Part shown: positions 14,867 through 24,619 of the stretch, piece by piece | Layout of the letters: each line of letters opens with the position of its first letter | Position numbering within the stretch: position 1 is the stretch's first letter | DNA from: Thermomicrobiales bacterium | GTDB taxonomy: Bacteria; Chloroflexota; Chloroflexia; Thermomicrobiales; UBA6265 | Direction of reading: 5' to 3' | Assembly (NCBI GenBank): GCA_033813515.1 | Contig: JAPXRQ010000003.1 | Span: 1-44,382, forward strand | DNA: 44,382 nt | The notes under the pieces: generated by a model | What the model was told of the DNA's origin: nothing | Databases searched by the model: none | What the model saw: the letters and a program-made list of their open reading frames with translations, nothing else | Made by a program: the position numbers and the translations under genes

Positions 14867-17788
14867 CTACGGTTCTGGCGACGCGATTGGGGTACCCGGT
14901 CCTTCCCTGGCTTCAACCGGACCAAGCACGGTCAACTGACCCGACTCTGTCGTGCACAGAATCACCCCGCTCGGCCCGACCGGGAAGAGGACATCGGAGC
15001 AATTTTGACTGTCCAGGGCAAAGGTCCAGAGCACCTGGTGCGTCACCGCATCCCATCCCTCCAGGACTTCATCACCGATGGTCTCTGTACCCCAGTTCAT
15101 GACCACAATCTGGTCCCATTCCGCGAGATAACCGATGACGATTCGAGGTACGTCATCTTTCTGTTGCCAGATCATGGAACCATCTACGAGCGAGAACCAG
15201 GCGACGGCGCAGCACTGCTCGGTTATGGGAACCGGCGTGCCCACAAGCGACGACTTGCTGGCCGCAAAGTAGAACGAATCCCCTCCGGTCAGAACCGGAT
15301 ACTGACCCAGGAGTGCATCGGTGGACCAGATTTCGCTTCCGTCCCTAGCCGACCAGAGTGCCAATGTCTCGGCCGGCATTTCAGCGCCAACCGGATAACG
15401 GGATATCACGACCAGCGGCCCGCGCTCAGTTGCGACGCTGTAGGCCGCGATGAACTCCTCAGGCGGGACGATCTCCAGCAGGTTACGGCTCCAGATGACC
15501 TCACCAGTGGCAATGTCCAATGCTGTCAAAGTTGCGGTCAGATAGTCGGAAACATAGACGGTCTCCCCATCAGACGTCACTATCGGACCGCGATCTTCCC
15601 GATTGAACATGCAGGCATTGCAGGTCGGCTCTATCGTCAGTCCTGGCGCCAGGACACGATCGTAGTCGTACGCCCATCGTTGCTGGCCGGAGGAGAAATC
15701 GAGCGCAGCGACATGTCCCGTTCGATCGCTGACAAGAATCGTATTCCCGGTGACATTGACACCCAGCTGACCCCAGGCATCCGGAGCGGCGAATGTTGCG
15801 TCGGACAGTTTCACGATTCGACCATCTGCTGAAGCGAGCACTGCTACCCGCAATATCGTGCTGTCGAACCTGTCCTGGACAAGGGTAACGACGCCGCTGC
15901 TGGTAACCATGTAGGGCGCGAATGTGGATATCTGCGTCTGCCAGATGAGGTCGCCGCTGCCAAGGTCGCGGGCCATGAGGTATGTGGTGCCATCAGCTTG
16001 CGCAGAACTCGTGGAGTAGACGTTGTAGCGATAGACCGTAGCGAACGGATCGTCGGTTTGGATTGCGTTGCTGTCAGCAGCCCAGATCGGCTGGTAACTG
16101 GCGTCGCTGATTGGCAACCCACGGATCTGGCTGCCACCGGTTGCATCGCCATTGACCTGATATGGACCCGGATAGTCATCTGCAGCAACAGGCGAGGCAC
16201 TGACCGTCCTGGTATCAGATGGACTGATTCGCGCAACAACAGGTCCGTCCGATCCTCCCCAACAGACAGCCAATCCATCCGAACTCAACGGAAAGGTAAT
16301 TTGGCAGGTGTTCGCACCCTGCGACACTTCCCATTTGATGTCACCGGTGGTCGCATCCAGTCCCCACGTCCGGCGCGGAGCATCGTACTCCTGGACGACC
16401 ACAGTCTTATCTGATGCCAGGTATCCGATAACTGAGCCAGCATTGATCGGCTGGAACCAAAGCAACTCGCCAGTTTTGTTCTCGACCGAAGCGACTGCAT
16501 ACTGATCGCCAACCATCATTTGGCCAAACAGCTGGTGTCCATCCGACGCCGCAACCATGGACATCAACATAGTGGAACTTGAAAGTGTGTCGCCTGATGC
16601 CCCACTAACGACAAACTGGCTTGGAAGCTCTGAAGTGAAGTCGGCAGTTGTTTGCTGGACGGCATAAACCACATTGTCATCGGCCGTGGTCACAACTCCA
16701 AACGGCGCTATGACAGCGGTGGAGCTATGCACATCCTGCGCAGACTGAACCCACCGTTCGTCTCCTGAGGCCGCATCGATCGCCCGGATCGTCATCGTGG
16801 CAGCATCAGCCACAAACACAGTGTTCGCTGTGATGGCAACCGGCATGAAGTAGTCCGTGCGCAACTGGCAGTCTGATTCGTCGAAAGCCCAGCAGATTCG
16901 ATCTTCGAACCCGGCTGCAAGTTCTCGTTTGAACGAGTACAACCACCGCTCGGCTCCGGTAGCCAGATCCAGCGCCACGATCAGTCCAGATCGATCGACT
17001 AGGTATAGATTGGCTCCCTCAACAATCAAGTGATACCCATAGGCATCCGCCTTGCCGTCGAAAACGCGGTCCACTTCCCAAATGGTTTTCCCGGTATCGC
17101 GATCGAGCAACGCGATGTCATATGGAGGATTCTTGGCATTAGTCGGAGTCGACTTCGCATTCTCAGGAACGATCAGCGCAACCACACCTACCGATGTTGC
17201 GGCCAGTTCCGACCACGACGAAACCGACCTTTGCCACATCACAGTGCCATCGGAAGCATCGAACGCAGTTAGCGGACGGTAAAAAGCGTCTGAACCGTCA
17301 TCGTGAATGGCATAGAGATATTCGCCGGACATCAGCATCGGGTAATAGGACGCAGCCGCCCCACCCGGAAGCTGCCAGGCCATTTCCGGCGTGCCCGAAA
17401 CTGGTGCTGGACCCGGGAACTGGTTGTCCTGGGCCGCCGTCCCGCCGTATTGCACCGTCGGCAGGTCCTCCTCCGGCGCAGTAATGGCAGTCGGAGAGGC
17501 CGGAGCGCTCGATCGCTGCGTAGTGCTGGCCAGACCGCCGATCATCGCCAGCAGCAATGCCGCCACCGCCGCTAAATCCAGCAGCTTCCGCCTGTTCGAG
17601 ATCGATCGCATCCGGATCACAGGCCGACCAATCTCGGCCGGTCGCGCGGTCACAACGGCGACAGTCTCGCCGCTCATCGCTGCAGCCAAAAATGCCGCTT
17701 CCAGCCGGTTCGCAAAGACCGGACTCGGATCGGTTGCTGCCTCAAATCGGCTCAGTGGTCCCGTGTTTACCGCGAGTTCATTTGCCAT
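14867..17788 (-). CDS. Membrane-anchored double PQQ-like beta-propeller protein, putative anti-sigma/sensor partner of the upstream ECF sigma
   Basis: 973 aa. A short cytoplasmic N-terminus is followed by one TM helix (LLDLAAVAALLLAMIGGLAS). Two roughly 430-aa ectodomain modules are rich in x-A-(L/I/F)-D-x-x-(T/S)-G-x-x-x-W repeats, for example LTAFDASDGTVMWQ and IVALDLATGAERWL. The start overlaps the sigma gene by 22 nt. Confidence 0.75.
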   Translation of the reverse strand: MANELAVNTGPLSRFEAATDPSPVFANRLEAAFLAAAMSGETVAVVTARPAEIGRPVIRMRSISNRRKLLDLAAVAALLLAMIGGLASTTQRSSAPASPTAITAPEEDLPTVQYGGTAAQDNQFPGPAPVSGTPEMAWQLPGGAAASYYPMLMSGEYLYAIHDDGSDAFYRPLTAFDASDGTVMWQRSVSSWSELAATSVGVVALIVPENAKSTPTNAKNPPYDIALLDRDTGKTIWEVDRVFDGKADAYGYHLIVEGANLYLVDRSGLIVALDLATGAERWLYSFKRELAAGFEDRICWAFDESDCQLRTDYFMPVAITANTVFVADAATMTIRAIDAASGDERWVQSAQDVHSSTAVIAPFGVVTTADDNVVYAVQQTTADFTSELPSQFVVSGASGDTLSSSTMLMSMVAASDGHQLFGQMMVGDQYAVASVENKTGELLWFQPINAGSVIGYLASDKTVVVQEYDAPRRTWGLDATTGDIKWEVSQGANTCQITFPLSSDGLAVCWGGSDGPVVARISPSDTRTVSASPVAADDYPGPYQVNGDATGGSQIRGLPISDASYQPIWAADSNAIQTDDPFATVYRYNVYSTSSAQADGTTYLMARDLGSGDLIWQTQISTFAPYMVTSSGVVTLVQDRFDSTILRVAVLASADGRIVKLSDATFAAPDAWGQLGVNVTGNTILVSDRTGHVAALDFSSGQQRWAYDYDRVLAPGLTIEPTCNACMFNREDRGPIVTSDGETVYVSDYLTATLTALDIATGEVIWSRNLLEIVPPEEFIAAYSVATERGPLVVISRYPVGAEMPAETLALWSARDGSEIWSTDALLGQYPVLTGGDSFYFAASKSSLVGTPVPITEQCCAVAWFSLVDGSMIWQQKDDVPRIVIGYLAEWDQIVVMNWGTETIGDEVLEGWDAVTHQVLWTFALDSQNCSDVLFPVGPSGVILCTTESGQLTVLGPVEAREGPGTPIASPEP

Positions 17789-18369
17789 GATGGGCTCTCC
17801 TCTGATTCCCTGATTGCGTTCCGCATCGCGGTCCTCTCCCGGGACAACATCGACTCGGTTGCGTGTTCGGACTTGCCGATCATCGCGGCGATATCCCGCA
17901 CGGCATAGCCATCCAGATAGCGCAGCAGCAGCACGGCCTGGTACTGAACCGGCAGCACCGACAGCAGCTGGAAAAGTTCGTCCCGATCGGCAATTTGATC
18001 AAACTCGTTGCTGAAATCGGGAATCTGTTCGGCAGTGAGCGTCCATTCGGATCGGAGGTCAGCTCGAGCCGCCTCCGCCCGGTAGTACATGAGCACCTTG
18101 TTGCGGGCGATACCAATCAGCCAGGCTGTTGGATCGGAAACGCGATAGTGATCGCGCGGCCACTGAATCGCAAACGCAAGAAAGGTCTCGCTGGTCAGGT
18201 CCTCGGCAACGGCGGCATTGCCAGCAACCCGGAGCAGGATGAATCCGTACACCTGCGGGAGTGCCGTCCGGAAAATCGCCGCCAGGGCATTTGCGTCGTC
18301 GCGGGGCACAGCATCACCTGCGTCCGCCTGCGCATTGGCCGTGATTTGCGTTCCACCCTTCGCCCTCAT
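17767..18369 (-). CDS. ECF-type RNA polymerase sigma-70 family factor (sigma 1)
   Basis: Region 2 (VYGFILLRVAGNAAVAEDLTSETFL) and region 4 (LLLRYLDGYAVRDIAAMIGKSEHATESMLSR). The ATG at 18369 is chosen by length comparison with the paralogs. The track ORF starts at TTG 18417. Confidence 0.85.
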   Translation of the reverse strand: MRAKGGTQITANAQADAGDAVPRDDANALAAIFRTALPQVYGFILLRVAGNAAVAEDLTSETFLAFAIQWPRDHYRVSDPTAWLIGIARNKVLMYYRAEAARADLRSEWTLTAEQIPDFSNEFDQIADRDELFQLLSVLPVQYQAVLLLRYLDGYAVRDIAAMIGKSEHATESMLSRERTAMRNAIRESEESPSWQMNSR

Positions 18370-18483
18370 ACAACAAGATTGCGCGACACCAGCCAAATCC
18401 GTCGCCCAACGCAGCAATTCGTTGTGGAGATTTCGTACCGGCCATTCGTCACGGCGGTCCGTACGGGCGATTCATGACACCGA

Positions 18484-18729
18484 ACCGCGCCGGCGATTTT
18501 TGGACCGATGCCTGCCGCCGATTCTTGCGGCGATCGTCAGATCGCCCATCCATCGAAGGCATACGCACAAACCGGCCACCCAACCCATCCACCGGCAACC
18601 CCAACGACGCATCGTAAGGCGGATCCCCCGTGGTCCGCCGCCGGTCTTCGCCGCACCCATTCGCATGCGGTAACCACGGTCTCCGATCACCCAACCCGGC
18701 CGACGGCAACCAGTCGACGGGCACAAGGC
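18484..18729. repeat. Approximately 245-bp noncoding repeat, copy B (directly 3' of double-propeller gene 2, upstream of sigma 1)
   Basis: See copy A. It ends 12 nt from the stop codon at 18741. Confidence 0.8.
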
Positions 18730-18740
18730 ACCGCTTTACA

Positions 18741-21629
18741 TCACGGATCGACAGGCGCGAAAACGGCCAACCTCCCATCGGCATTGGTGCAAACGACTTT
18801 TCCAGATGCGTCGATCGGAAACTCAACCTCCAGGCACTGCTTGCCATCGGTCACAAACATGAACACCTGCTCATGTGTCGTCGCGTCGATCCCGAGAATC
18901 GTTGTTCCGCTGGCTCCGTCAACACCATCAACCCCGTCGATTGATGACGCCGCCATCGGGCCGGCCGAGTTCGTAATCAACACATTGCTGCTGGTCAATA
19001 TCCCGATCACCGTTCGCGGCAACTCGTCCCCTGGCGTCCAGATCAATGATCCGTCGGCAAGTGAATACTCAGCGAGAAAGCAGCAAATCTCGGAATCTGG
19101 TGACGTGGCAGGAGTGCCGGAGATACGGGATTCTGACAGTGATGCGTAAAACGTTCCGTGATCCGTCACGGCCAGACCACTGACAATCGAAAAGTCGACT
19201 TTTTGCCAGACCGTCGAACCATCGTCCGAAGACCACAGGCCCAGAATCATTCCTCCATCGCCCTTCGCTCCGGATACGGTCATGATGCCGACCAGTGGAC
19301 CTTCCGGTGTTGCTGAAATCCACGCGTTGAAAAAGTCATCTGGCGGTACGAGGTCCAAAGATGATCTCTGCCAACGCATGTCTCCTGTCGAAAAGTCCAG
19401 TGCCGTTGCCATGCCACTGAGCACATCGACCATGAATACCGTCCGGCCATCAGTCGAGAGATATGGGGCAAACCCGGCTCGCGGGACACAGATCTCACAG
19501 GTGGCGTAGTCGTTCATGCCCGGACCCAGCACCCGATCAACGGTGTTTTTCCAAAGCAGCGTGCCCGTGCCCATATCGATCGCCGCTATCTGCCCCGAAA
19601 CGTCGCTGAACAAGATGGTCGTTCCGCTCACAATCAGAAAGGTGCCCGAGGAAGTTTGGGGAGGTAGCACTGAAACATCGCTCGCCAATGACCTACGCGA
19701 GCCATCCAGGTTGAACAAAGCCACCCGGAGTACAGAAGAGTCGGCGGGATCTCTGACCAGGGTCACGATGCCCTGACTCGTCACAACATACGGGACATTC
19801 TTCGGAATCGGCTGTTGCCAAAGGGCCTCACCGGACGACAAATCCTGCGCAGTCAATTGGACATCGCCATGCGCATCGGCGGCCGTGGTCGAATACAGCA
19901 CCGTGCCGAAAGAAGTTGCGAATTGATCACTGGATTGCCGTGACCAATCCTGCACCCACGTCGCCGAATACTGGCCACTCGTGAGTGTCGGACCAGTTAT
20001 CTGGCCGGAACCGGTCGGATCGATGCTGGAGTCAATCGCATCTGCCGAAGGGTTCTCGTCCGGGGTCGACACGTCGGCACGCGCAGCAGAGCCATACATA
20101 CGAGCCGTGTTTTCAACTCCAAGGCAAACAAACGAACCGTCATCGGCGATAGGCAATGACAGGATGCAATTGAGCGATTCAGGAATCTCCCAGAGCGTCT
20201 CACCTGTTTCCGGTCGAAACCCAATCGTTCGCAGTCCGTCACGCCCCGACGCAAGAATCAGCGCATTGTCTCGCGACGAGTAACCACGCAGGTATGCCGG
20301 GAAATCGCTTTCCCATTTTTGCTCGCCATTGTTCAGATCATAGGAGCGAACCTTCGAATCATCACCAATGATGAAATTTACATAAAGATTCGATCCATCA
20401 GTCGAAATCGTGCTGTCGAACTCTCCAGAAAGCTGCCAACGTTCGGCCCCATCTGCAGAGTCGAAAACCTGCAGGACCATCACAGGAGCATCCTGCGAAC
20501 CTCCTGAGGAACCCAATTCCGAAATCGAAACAATCTCAGGTGTCGTGGGCGGTTCTTCCGCCGTGGTAACGAGCACAACTCCGTGCGGAATGGCCACCGG
20601 AAGTGTGAATACATCAGCTGGGATCAGACTTCCCTGCGCCAATTGCCTCCATTGCTCAATCCCATCATCGATTCGCACTGCAACGATCAGGCGAGATCGA
20701 GGATTGAAGACATAAAGCAATCCTGATCCCAGCGCAGTATTCAAACGCACATTTGTATTCGAAGGATCAGTTGAAGCAAAGACCCAATTTTCGGAGCCGG
20801 TTTGCAGGTCGAACTTGATCACGTTACCCATGCGATCAGGCATATAGACAGCATTGTCATCAACAAGCATCCGGTGTGCAGAATCCAGTGACCAGTTCTG
20901 AAAGACACGTGTGCTTATCCAGATTGGCTCGCCAGTTTCTTTGTCCAGGAGTGTCACTGAAAACGGCGGTTGCAGAATGCCATCTCCGCCACCAGACGAA
21001 TAGACCCGCGTTGTCACGACTCCAGCGTCGGTCAGGATGAAGTCGACGGTGCTTGCCACCTCTGCCCGCCATCGTTCCGCGCCTGTGATGCGATCGTACG
21101 CAACCACCTGACTTGTGGTCAGTTTGTCTACCGGATGTTCCTGAACATAGACGAGATCGTCACCGAAGAACACAGGGCTTCTCCACACATGCGTGGCGCT
21201 CGGAAACTGCCAGTCTTCCTGTGGGTTCGCGCCGTTCGGGACACCACCGGTGTAATTCAGATCCCGGGCCGGTGATCCTCCAATCATTTGGATCGAATTG
21301 GCAGTCGACGGTGCATTAATGGTTGGAAACACGGACGAATCGGAAGTGTCCCGCCTCAGGCTGGATAGACCCGCCAGCGTCGCAATGAGCAGTACTGCCG
21401 CCGCCGCAATCGAAAGCATCCGATATCTCGTGGTGATGCTGGGTTGTTTCGATGTCCGCATAACCTGCCAGCCCGTCGGGACACCCCGAGCCGCACCAGC
21501 TCCGGATGCATCCGCCGCTCCCATTGCGCCGAGCATTTCTCCGCGCAACCGGCCGGCAAACCCCGCCTCGGGCTGCGCCGGACGATCCAGATCGGCCAGG
21601 GCCTGATCAATCAACTGCTCCGTCGTCAT
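18741..21629 (-). CDS. Membrane-anchored double PQQ-like beta-propeller protein, putative anti-sigma/sensor partner (paralog 2)
   Basis: 962 aa with the same layout. TM helix YRMLSIAAAAVLLIATLAGL. Repeats such as VVAYDRITGAERWR, VIKFDLQTGSENWV and IAAIDMGTGTLLWK. ATGA overlap with the sigma 2 stop. Confidence 0.75.
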   Translation of the reverse strand: MTTEQLIDQALADLDRPAQPEAGFAGRLRGEMLGAMGAADASGAGAARGVPTGWQVMRTSKQPSITTRYRMLSIAAAAVLLIATLAGLSSLRRDTSDSSVFPTINAPSTANSIQMIGGSPARDLNYTGGVPNGANPQEDWQFPSATHVWRSPVFFGDDLVYVQEHPVDKLTTSQVVAYDRITGAERWRAEVASTVDFILTDAGVVTTRVYSSGGGDGILQPPFSVTLLDKETGEPIWISTRVFQNWSLDSAHRMLVDDNAVYMPDRMGNVIKFDLQTGSENWVFASTDPSNTNVRLNTALGSGLLYVFNPRSRLIVAVRIDDGIEQWRQLAQGSLIPADVFTLPVAIPHGVVLVTTAEEPPTTPEIVSISELGSSGGSQDAPVMVLQVFDSADGAERWQLSGEFDSTISTDGSNLYVNFIIGDDSKVRSYDLNNGEQKWESDFPAYLRGYSSRDNALILASGRDGLRTIGFRPETGETLWEIPESLNCILSLPIADDGSFVCLGVENTARMYGSAARADVSTPDENPSADAIDSSIDPTGSGQITGPTLTSGQYSATWVQDWSRQSSDQFATSFGTVLYSTTAADAHGDVQLTAQDLSSGEALWQQPIPKNVPYVVTSQGIVTLVRDPADSSVLRVALFNLDGSRRSLASDVSVLPPQTSSGTFLIVSGTTILFSDVSGQIAAIDMGTGTLLWKNTVDRVLGPGMNDYATCEICVPRAGFAPYLSTDGRTVFMVDVLSGMATALDFSTGDMRWQRSSLDLVPPDDFFNAWISATPEGPLVGIMTVSGAKGDGGMILGLWSSDDGSTVWQKVDFSIVSGLAVTDHGTFYASLSESRISGTPATSPDSEICCFLAEYSLADGSLIWTPGDELPRTVIGILTSSNVLITNSAGPMAASSIDGVDGVDGASGTTILGIDATTHEQVFMFVTDGKQCLEVEFPIDASGKVVCTNADGRLAVFAPVDP

Positions 21630-22165
21630 CGCGTGCTCTCCTCCGGATCGAGATGCTGGCGCAGGCTGCGTCGGGCCCGGACCAAATGCGCCTCAATCGC
21701 GTGCTCGGTTTTGCCAGTCAGGGAGGCAATCGCACGGACGCTCAAACCGTCCGTCCATCGCAGCAGGATCAACAGCCGGTGCAAATCGGGCAGCGTATCG
21801 AGCGCGGCCAGCAAATCAGCCCGGTCGATTGCGGCGGCAATGCCATCCCGCGGTTCGACTGGCTCCGGAATGGCATCCAGATCCAGGCTCGCTCCTGTCC
21901 AGAGGGTTCGGTGATGATCGACGATCTTGTGCCTGGCCGTGCCGTACAGCCAGGCCATCGGCTGCTCGATCGATTTGCCGTCCGCAACCGCGCGGGACCA
22001 GGCCAGAAAGGTCTCCTGCGTCAGATCCTCCGCCACCGGGGCGTTGTGCCGGACCCGAAGCAGGATGTACCCATAGATCCGCGGCAGATACTCGGCCAGC
22101 ACCGCATCAACCGCAGCAGCCGAACTATCCGCGTGGATTGATTCCGATTGCCGCCGAGCAACCAT
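21626..22165 (-). CDS. ECF-type sigma factor (sigma 2)
   Basis: 179 aa. IYGYILLRVRHNAPVAEDLTQETFL and LILLRWTDGLSVRAIASLTGKTEHAIEAHLVRARR. GGAGGAGG lies upstream. Confidence 0.9.
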   Translation of the reverse strand: MVARRQSESIHADSSAAAVDAVLAEYLPRIYGYILLRVRHNAPVAEDLTQETFLAWSRAVADGKSIEQPMAWLYGTARHKIVDHHRTLWTGASLDLDAIPEPVEPRDGIAAAIDRADLLAALDTLPDLHRLLILLRWTDGLSVRAIASLTGKTEHAIEAHLVRARRSLRQHLDPEESTR

Positions 22166-22238
22166 CCCGAAACCTCCTCCCTGTTAAGGAAGTCGGAGAA
22201 ATCTGCGGTTTCCGTTAAGCGTCACAGGTTCCGCACGA

Positions 22239-23774
22239 TCAGGTCTCGGGCGTGGACGATATTGGGGTCGGAACGTAGTAGCCCAGCGAATTGCTCGCCG
22301 TCTTGTAACAGAGCAGGGACCCATCGGGATTAATCGGATACAGAATCCCGCAGGAGTCCACGTCCACCGTCGCAGTCACGGTCAAGGTGTCAGGATTGAT
22401 GACGCTTGCCAGCCCGTTCCAACTCTGGACAATGATCAGGTCCGCTTCTGCGAGATACAACTTCTGCCCGTCGATGGTGTCTGCGTTTACCTGTTGTTCT
22501 ACGAGGACAATGCCCGTAACCGCATCCACCACCAACGCCACATCTCCGCTGACCATCAGCACCCGCGTGCCGAGGGAAAGCGCCGACCAGGAATTCCCGC
22601 CATCGAAATCTCTAATCCAAACGATCGAGCCGTCTTTGGCGGAGAGCTGAACGACTGTGTCGGAAAGTGACGCACCATCGGTCGATTGGTTGGGATCTGT
22701 CCAAAGATTGGCATACAGCAAGGGACCAGCCGATGTTGCACCGAGCAAACTCGCCACGCGCAGAGACTGCATCGCCGAGTCTTCGTTCTGAATGACCGCC
22801 AGTGCATCTACCGACCAGATCTTGTGGCCGTCGGCAATGTCCAGGCTGGTGATGGTCATCTGATCGGCGTTGAACAGGAAGAGCGTCGTCTCGGACATTT
22901 CCATCCGGGAGGTGCAGTTCATGCACGCGCCTCCACCTGTCGTGGTGGGGGTGTATTGCCAGCGCTGCATGCCATTCGCGAGATCGATTCCGGCCGCGTA
23001 ACCCGTGGAATCGGCATAGAGAATGGTCGAACTGGAAACGGCAATTTGGTAGCGAAGCGTGTGCCGATAGGTCTCCGGCGATGACCAAATCGGCACTCCC
23101 GTCGTGTGATCCAGCAGGGCGATCCGCAGCCCTGTTCCACCTTGCCAATCGGGCACCAAAACCACCACACCATACCGCGTTGCGATCACCTGTTGGGAGT
23201 CGCTGATTGTCGCTCGCCAGCGCTCGGCACCCGTATCCGTTGAAAGTGCGATCAGATGCGCCGCCGTTCCAGAGGTTCCGAGCGGTTCGATTCGATAGAT
23301 ATTGGGACCGAAAAGAAGCGATTGATTGGCTGTGTCCGCCGAAGCATCGACCGACCACTGCAGCACATATGCGCCGTTTTGCGGAGCCGGACCCAGGACA
23401 TTGCTGGCAAGAATGTCGCTTGCCGTCATGCTCCGGGTTGCCAAATCAAACCCGGTCGGAACAGTCAGCGGACCGGCGATCAACTCCTCCGGCGCGGCTA
23501 TCGAATCCAGATCGTCTATCGGATCCTGGCTGGTGTTGATCCGCAATACGGATAGCAATGACAGCAACACAATCGCAGCAATCGCAGCCCATCGACCGAG
23601 TGTGGACCAGCCGCGTAAACCCGGACCGCTCGACTGCAATCTCCGGATCGGACGCTCTGTCATATCGATCTTTGCATAGACCGCCCGGAGTTGTTCATGC
23701 AGTTCGATCGATGGGGTTGCCACGTGGTCGAACTGGGCAAACGACCGTTCCATGTTTGGGAAATGCTCAGTCAT
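22239..23774 (-). CDS. Membrane-anchored single PQQ-like beta-propeller protein, putative anti-sigma/sensor partner (paralog 3)
   Basis: 511 aa. TM helix WAAIAAIVLLSLLSVL and one ectodomain module (LIALSTDTGAERWR, AAGIDLANGMQRWQ, ITSLDIADGHKIWS). ATGA overlap with sigma 3. Confidence 0.75.
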   Translation of the reverse strand: MTEHFPNMERSFAQFDHVATPSIELHEQLRAVYAKIDMTERPIRRLQSSGPGLRGWSTLGRWAAIAAIVLLSLLSVLRINTSQDPIDDLDSIAAPEELIAGPLTVPTGFDLATRSMTASDILASNVLGPAPQNGAYVLQWSVDASADTANQSLLFGPNIYRIEPLGTSGTAAHLIALSTDTGAERWRATISDSQQVIATRYGVVVLVPDWQGGTGLRIALLDHTTGVPIWSSPETYRHTLRYQIAVSSSTILYADSTGYAAGIDLANGMQRWQYTPTTTGGGACMNCTSRMEMSETTLFLFNADQMTITSLDIADGHKIWSVDALAVIQNEDSAMQSLRVASLLGATSAGPLLYANLWTDPNQSTDGASLSDTVVQLSAKDGSIVWIRDFDGGNSWSALSLGTRVLMVSGDVALVVDAVTGIVLVEQQVNADTIDGQKLYLAEADLIIVQSWNGLASVINPDTLTVTATVDVDSCGILYPINPDGSLLCYKTASNSLGYYVPTPISSTPET

Positions 23775-24331
23775 GATCGTGCTCCTGTCATTGGTCCCTG
23801 CTCACGAAGAGCCGCTCGCCCCCTCGCCAGAAGCGATTCGATGGCGTGTTCCGATCGGCCGAACTGTGCGGCCAGGTCCGCAACCCTTAATCCGTCGCAG
23901 TAGTGCAGGATGAGCACTGCTTGTTGCATCGGCGGCAACGGCGATAACAGGCGGCGCAATTCGTCGGCATCAAGAACACGGGCAAAATCGTGCTCTTCGC
24001 TCCTGCCAATGTCATGGTCGGGCCATGGATCGATCGGAACGGTCCGTTGCTGGTGACGGAAGTGATCGATCACCTTGTTGCGGGCGGTGCCAAAAAGCCA
24101 TGCCATGTGATCTTCGACTGCAGCACGTTTCGACTGAAGTACCTGCGCCAGGGCGATCATGGTTTCCTGGGTCAGATCCTCCGCCAATGCCCGATCGTTT
24201 CCCACCCGAACCAGGATGTAACCGAAAACTCTGGGAAGCGCGTGCTCGAGGAGATCAACAGCGTCGACCGCTTTGGTAGCCGTACCAGGCGCGTTCCGGA
24301 TATTGGGTATGACCGTCATGGACTGTGTCAT
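23771..24331 (-). CDS. ECF-type sigma factor (sigma 3)
   Basis: 186 aa. VFGYILVRVGNDRALAEDLTQETMI and LILHYCDGLRVADLAAQFGRSEHAIESLLARGR. Confidence 0.9.
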   Translation of the reverse strand: MTQSMTVIPNIRNAPGTATKAVDAVDLLEHALPRVFGYILVRVGNDRALAEDLTQETMIALAQVLQSKRAAVEDHMAWLFGTARNKVIDHFRHQQRTVPIDPWPDHDIGRSEEHDFARVLDADELRRLLSPLPPMQQAVLILHYCDGLRVADLAAQFGRSEHAIESLLARGRAALREQGPMTGARS

Positions 24332-24361
24332 CGAATCGCCTCCTCAAACCCCTGGAATGTG

Positions 24362-24391
24362 AGTCGATCAGCGTGTCGAAAATCCGTCGTT
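24362..24391 (-). promoter_or_regulatory. Candidate ECF-type promoter AACGAC-N19-CGACT upstream of sigma 3
   Basis: The minus strand reads AACGACGGATTTTCGACACGCTGATCGACT. It shares hexamer, TTTTCG block, spacing and CGACT with the sigma 4 upstream region. Confidence 0.4.
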
Positions 24392-24619
24392 GGAAAGGGC
24401 CATGTGGCAGAGATGCCACCTGTCGTCGAACTGACTTGGTGCTGTTCTCGAGAACGGAAGGCGGAAGGGGAACGAAAGAAGAGCATATTATCGTGACATA
24501 AAGTCTCTCATTTTCTAAATGTGTGAGGGTTCTCCAATGGTGCCGTTTTCCGCCTCAATTGCAAACACGTCTGGATATGCCGCGCTGTTCGCTTCTGGCG
24601 CCCCTTTTCCGCTTCCCTT

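Noticed and set aside
17767-18417. Longer sigma 1 model starting at TTG 18417 (216 aa).
   Set aside because: The extra 16 residues (MLRWATDLAGVAQSCC) have no counterpart in the three paralogs and extend into repeat copy B's flank. The ATG at 18369 gives a paralog-like length. The start remains uncertain because no clear RBS precedes either codon.
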